Below, piece after piece: positions 61,601 through 64,000 of a stretch of 64,000 nucleotides of DNA. Within the stretch, counting starts at the first letter, position 1. Each line of letters starts with the position of its first letter. The notes below the pieces were generated by a model that saw nothing but the letters and a program-made list of their open reading frames with translations, did no database searches and had not been told where the DNA came from. A program made the translations under genes and the position numbers. The stretch is from Styela clava (lineage: Eukaryota): assembly GCF_964204865.1 (NCBI RefSeq), contig NC_135259.1:7750001-7814000 (forward strand), given 5' to 3'.

Positions 61601-64000
61601 AATTGTTATTTTTCCTCTCAAGAGTTATCTATCTACTTTCTATTGTTCAAGCATAATTAGAAAACTGATTGTACTGTATATATGAAAATGCAATACGCAG
61701 GATTACACAACTACTTGGTGACCTAAAGACTTTGAGAAATAACTTTTTGCGCACTAGGAAAATTTCAAAAAATTCATACCAGCGAGGTACTGGAATTTGT
61801 GAAAATCGAAAAGAGGAGAAACTCAACACAAATTAATCAGAAAATTAATCAGGGGTGACTAAAGCTCAGAAAAAAGCAATCATTCAATGATATGTTTGAC
61901 TTGACTATGTTTTTGTGCCTCCTTTATTCTAGCATAATTGCCTAAGTATAAACTGCTGTTCTGCATTCTCGCAATAAATCATTAGTTGGGTAATCTAAAT
62001 CCGCTTTGATCTTTGTAATTTGCTGATGCAAAAGGTTGATCTTTTGTATGCTCATCTGGCTATAATACTAGGGCAATTAAATAGTTTCATACATTTTCAT
62101 AATAAAAGTTCAAACTATCTGCAAATGCCATTAATTTTAAGTTTCATATTTCAATCTCACTAGTTTTTCTAAAATGAAATCATTTGCAATTGAACAAAAA
62201 AATCTTATGCAGATAAGTATTCGTGTATTCTAATACATTATGGTTAACCTTTTGATAGTATAATGATAGATTGCTCATGCTCATACATATAGCCTTGATG
62301 ATTTAATTCCCCTTTGTCGTTCATTTCAATGCGGAGGTGAAATATAACGGTGGTGTGTATATACAATTTTACACAAGGAAGTACAGCGTAGCAAAATTAT
62401 AGTATTACGCAGGAATAAATATTCAGAAATCGCAACGTTATAATGGTAGAGTACTGCCAGAAAATCAAAGCCAAAAAATTCTGTATTGATTAATACAAGC
62501 AATAACCAAATTAATTTCCCACAATACACCACGTGCTTCGAAACACTCAGCTTTTGTAAACATATGAGGCATATTCAGACACCCGGCATATTCTTATGTT
62601 GTTATAGTCACGTTTCACCAATCTAGGTATCGCATGTTATTTCTTATTCCTTAATTTTCATATTTTGGAACGCAAGTGACGTATAGTTATGAAGATAACG
62701 ATTTCCCAATGCCAAAGCGGGAAAGTTAATTAATTATAATTTGGTTTAGTAAGTCCGATTGAATCTTGAATCGTAGTCTCGTTGCTGTAATATTGCAAAA
62801 GCATACTATTCCAAGTATTTTACTTCTCGGAAAACAGTATATTATTACGTGTTCCATCTCTGGCTTATTATGGGCAGAGTAGCATTTACGTATGTTATGA
62901 TGATGTTAAGTCAACCATCATACCGGACGCATTAACAAATTAAATGCTCAAATAACAACCATTGCCTTATGGAAGTTTAACCTTCTGCGAAGGAAAAGCA
63001 ACCTGTTCTGACTGACGAGTGAGTGTTGGGGGAAAAAAAACACCAAATGTTTGTAGTTACAATACGTTCCAATTTCTGATAAAAGTTGAAGTATTCCAGT
63101 CTTCCCAAGAAAAGCTCTAAACATCAGGGTTTTATATTAAATTTAGAAAATGTCGTTTGCGTGAAATCTTAGATTACTGCCTCCAAATATCTTGACATCA
63201 TATGTCGGATACTTATTTAAAAAATATTCAAAACTCCTAAAAGAAAGAACAAAACGTCCTAGACTTTGACTGGCTCTCCAACGCTACCTCGTATGACTCA
63301 ATTAGTATCAAAGTGTAAGTCAGCAGTCGAGGAAAACGTCATACGTTGCACGAACAAGTGCCGGCTGCGTGAGACAGTTACAGATCCAAATTTTGACGGA
63401 ACATGGAACCAACAAAATTTGCATGCTTTTTGGGTAAACGTTCCTTGTTTAGGTATTTGATGTTGTTCAATGATGTCTTCACAAGTATAAAAACTAAGTG
63501 AAATCATTCGACTAAATTACCATTTAGATACACCAATATTTGCTTTGGTCAAGATTAGTAATTGCGTTCATTTTGCTGAACTATTTCAACTCTCAAAGCA
63601 AATGACATGCCAGAAAATGTTGATGCTGTCTGATTCGTAGCATCTCCAATTCATATCATATGAGATAATGTCGCATATGACATAATTTGAACTTTATCAC
63701 GTGCTACAAGTTTAACTAACATATCGATTTTCTTTCGATTGTAGAATATGCAGACGGCAAGTAGAGTATTAAACTCAAACGATGTGTAATTTTATACGGT
63801 ATAAGATTGACGACATAGCGCGTATGCAAATCAGACAGCTACCATAGGGAACAGCATAATTATGCACGATTAGGACGTTGATATCAGTTTTCTTTATAAC
63901 AAATTCCCTCTCGCCAGCACTACGTTTTGAGGCTTGTTTATGAATAGTTGACATTGCATCCTATGCTTTCATGCAATCTTCTATAGTAAATCAGTCTAGA

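Noticed and set aside
58700-64000. Short ORFs at the right end of the window
   Set aside because: All are under 90 aa, AT-rich, and lack motifs or a consistent exon chain; treated as upstream/intergenic DNA of the 7TM gene.

Overview
Eukaryotic, AT-rich, intron-containing animal DNA. Gene density, repeat families and the orphan 7TM family suggest an ascidian/tunicate, but that is inference. Genes reconstructed by hand from GT-AG sites and reading-frame continuity, left to right: the 5' part of RPL38 (-) with a TCT/TOP start; head-to-head with it, a tight + strand trio INIP, HTD2 and ATP6V0B (possible bicistron or operon); an 8-exon NFIL3/E4BP4/vrille bZIP gene (+); a 4.07 kb Phantom-type Mutator transposon with long foldback arms of 16-bp repeats and an 8-bp TSD; an intronless orphan 7TM gene (+); a large GT7 beta-1,4-galactosyltransferase-like gene (-); and a second, related intronless 7TM gene (-). 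The most notable object is the GT7 gene. It has non-canonical donor/acceptor-site residues and a ~440-470 aa C-terminal extension. It also carries two tandem homologous exons (46202-45673 and 45458-44845) with identical splice phases, each encoding an alternative PAN/apple-like 4-Cys module. Joining both via the consensus donor causes a frameshift, which is the signature of mutually exclusive splicing. Introns and intergenic DNA hold hAT, pogo and Mutator-like MITEs (many with visible TSDs), a tRNA-derived SINE family, ISL2EU/Harbinger relics and a 25-bp minisatellite. No CRISPR, rRNA or true tRNA gene was found.
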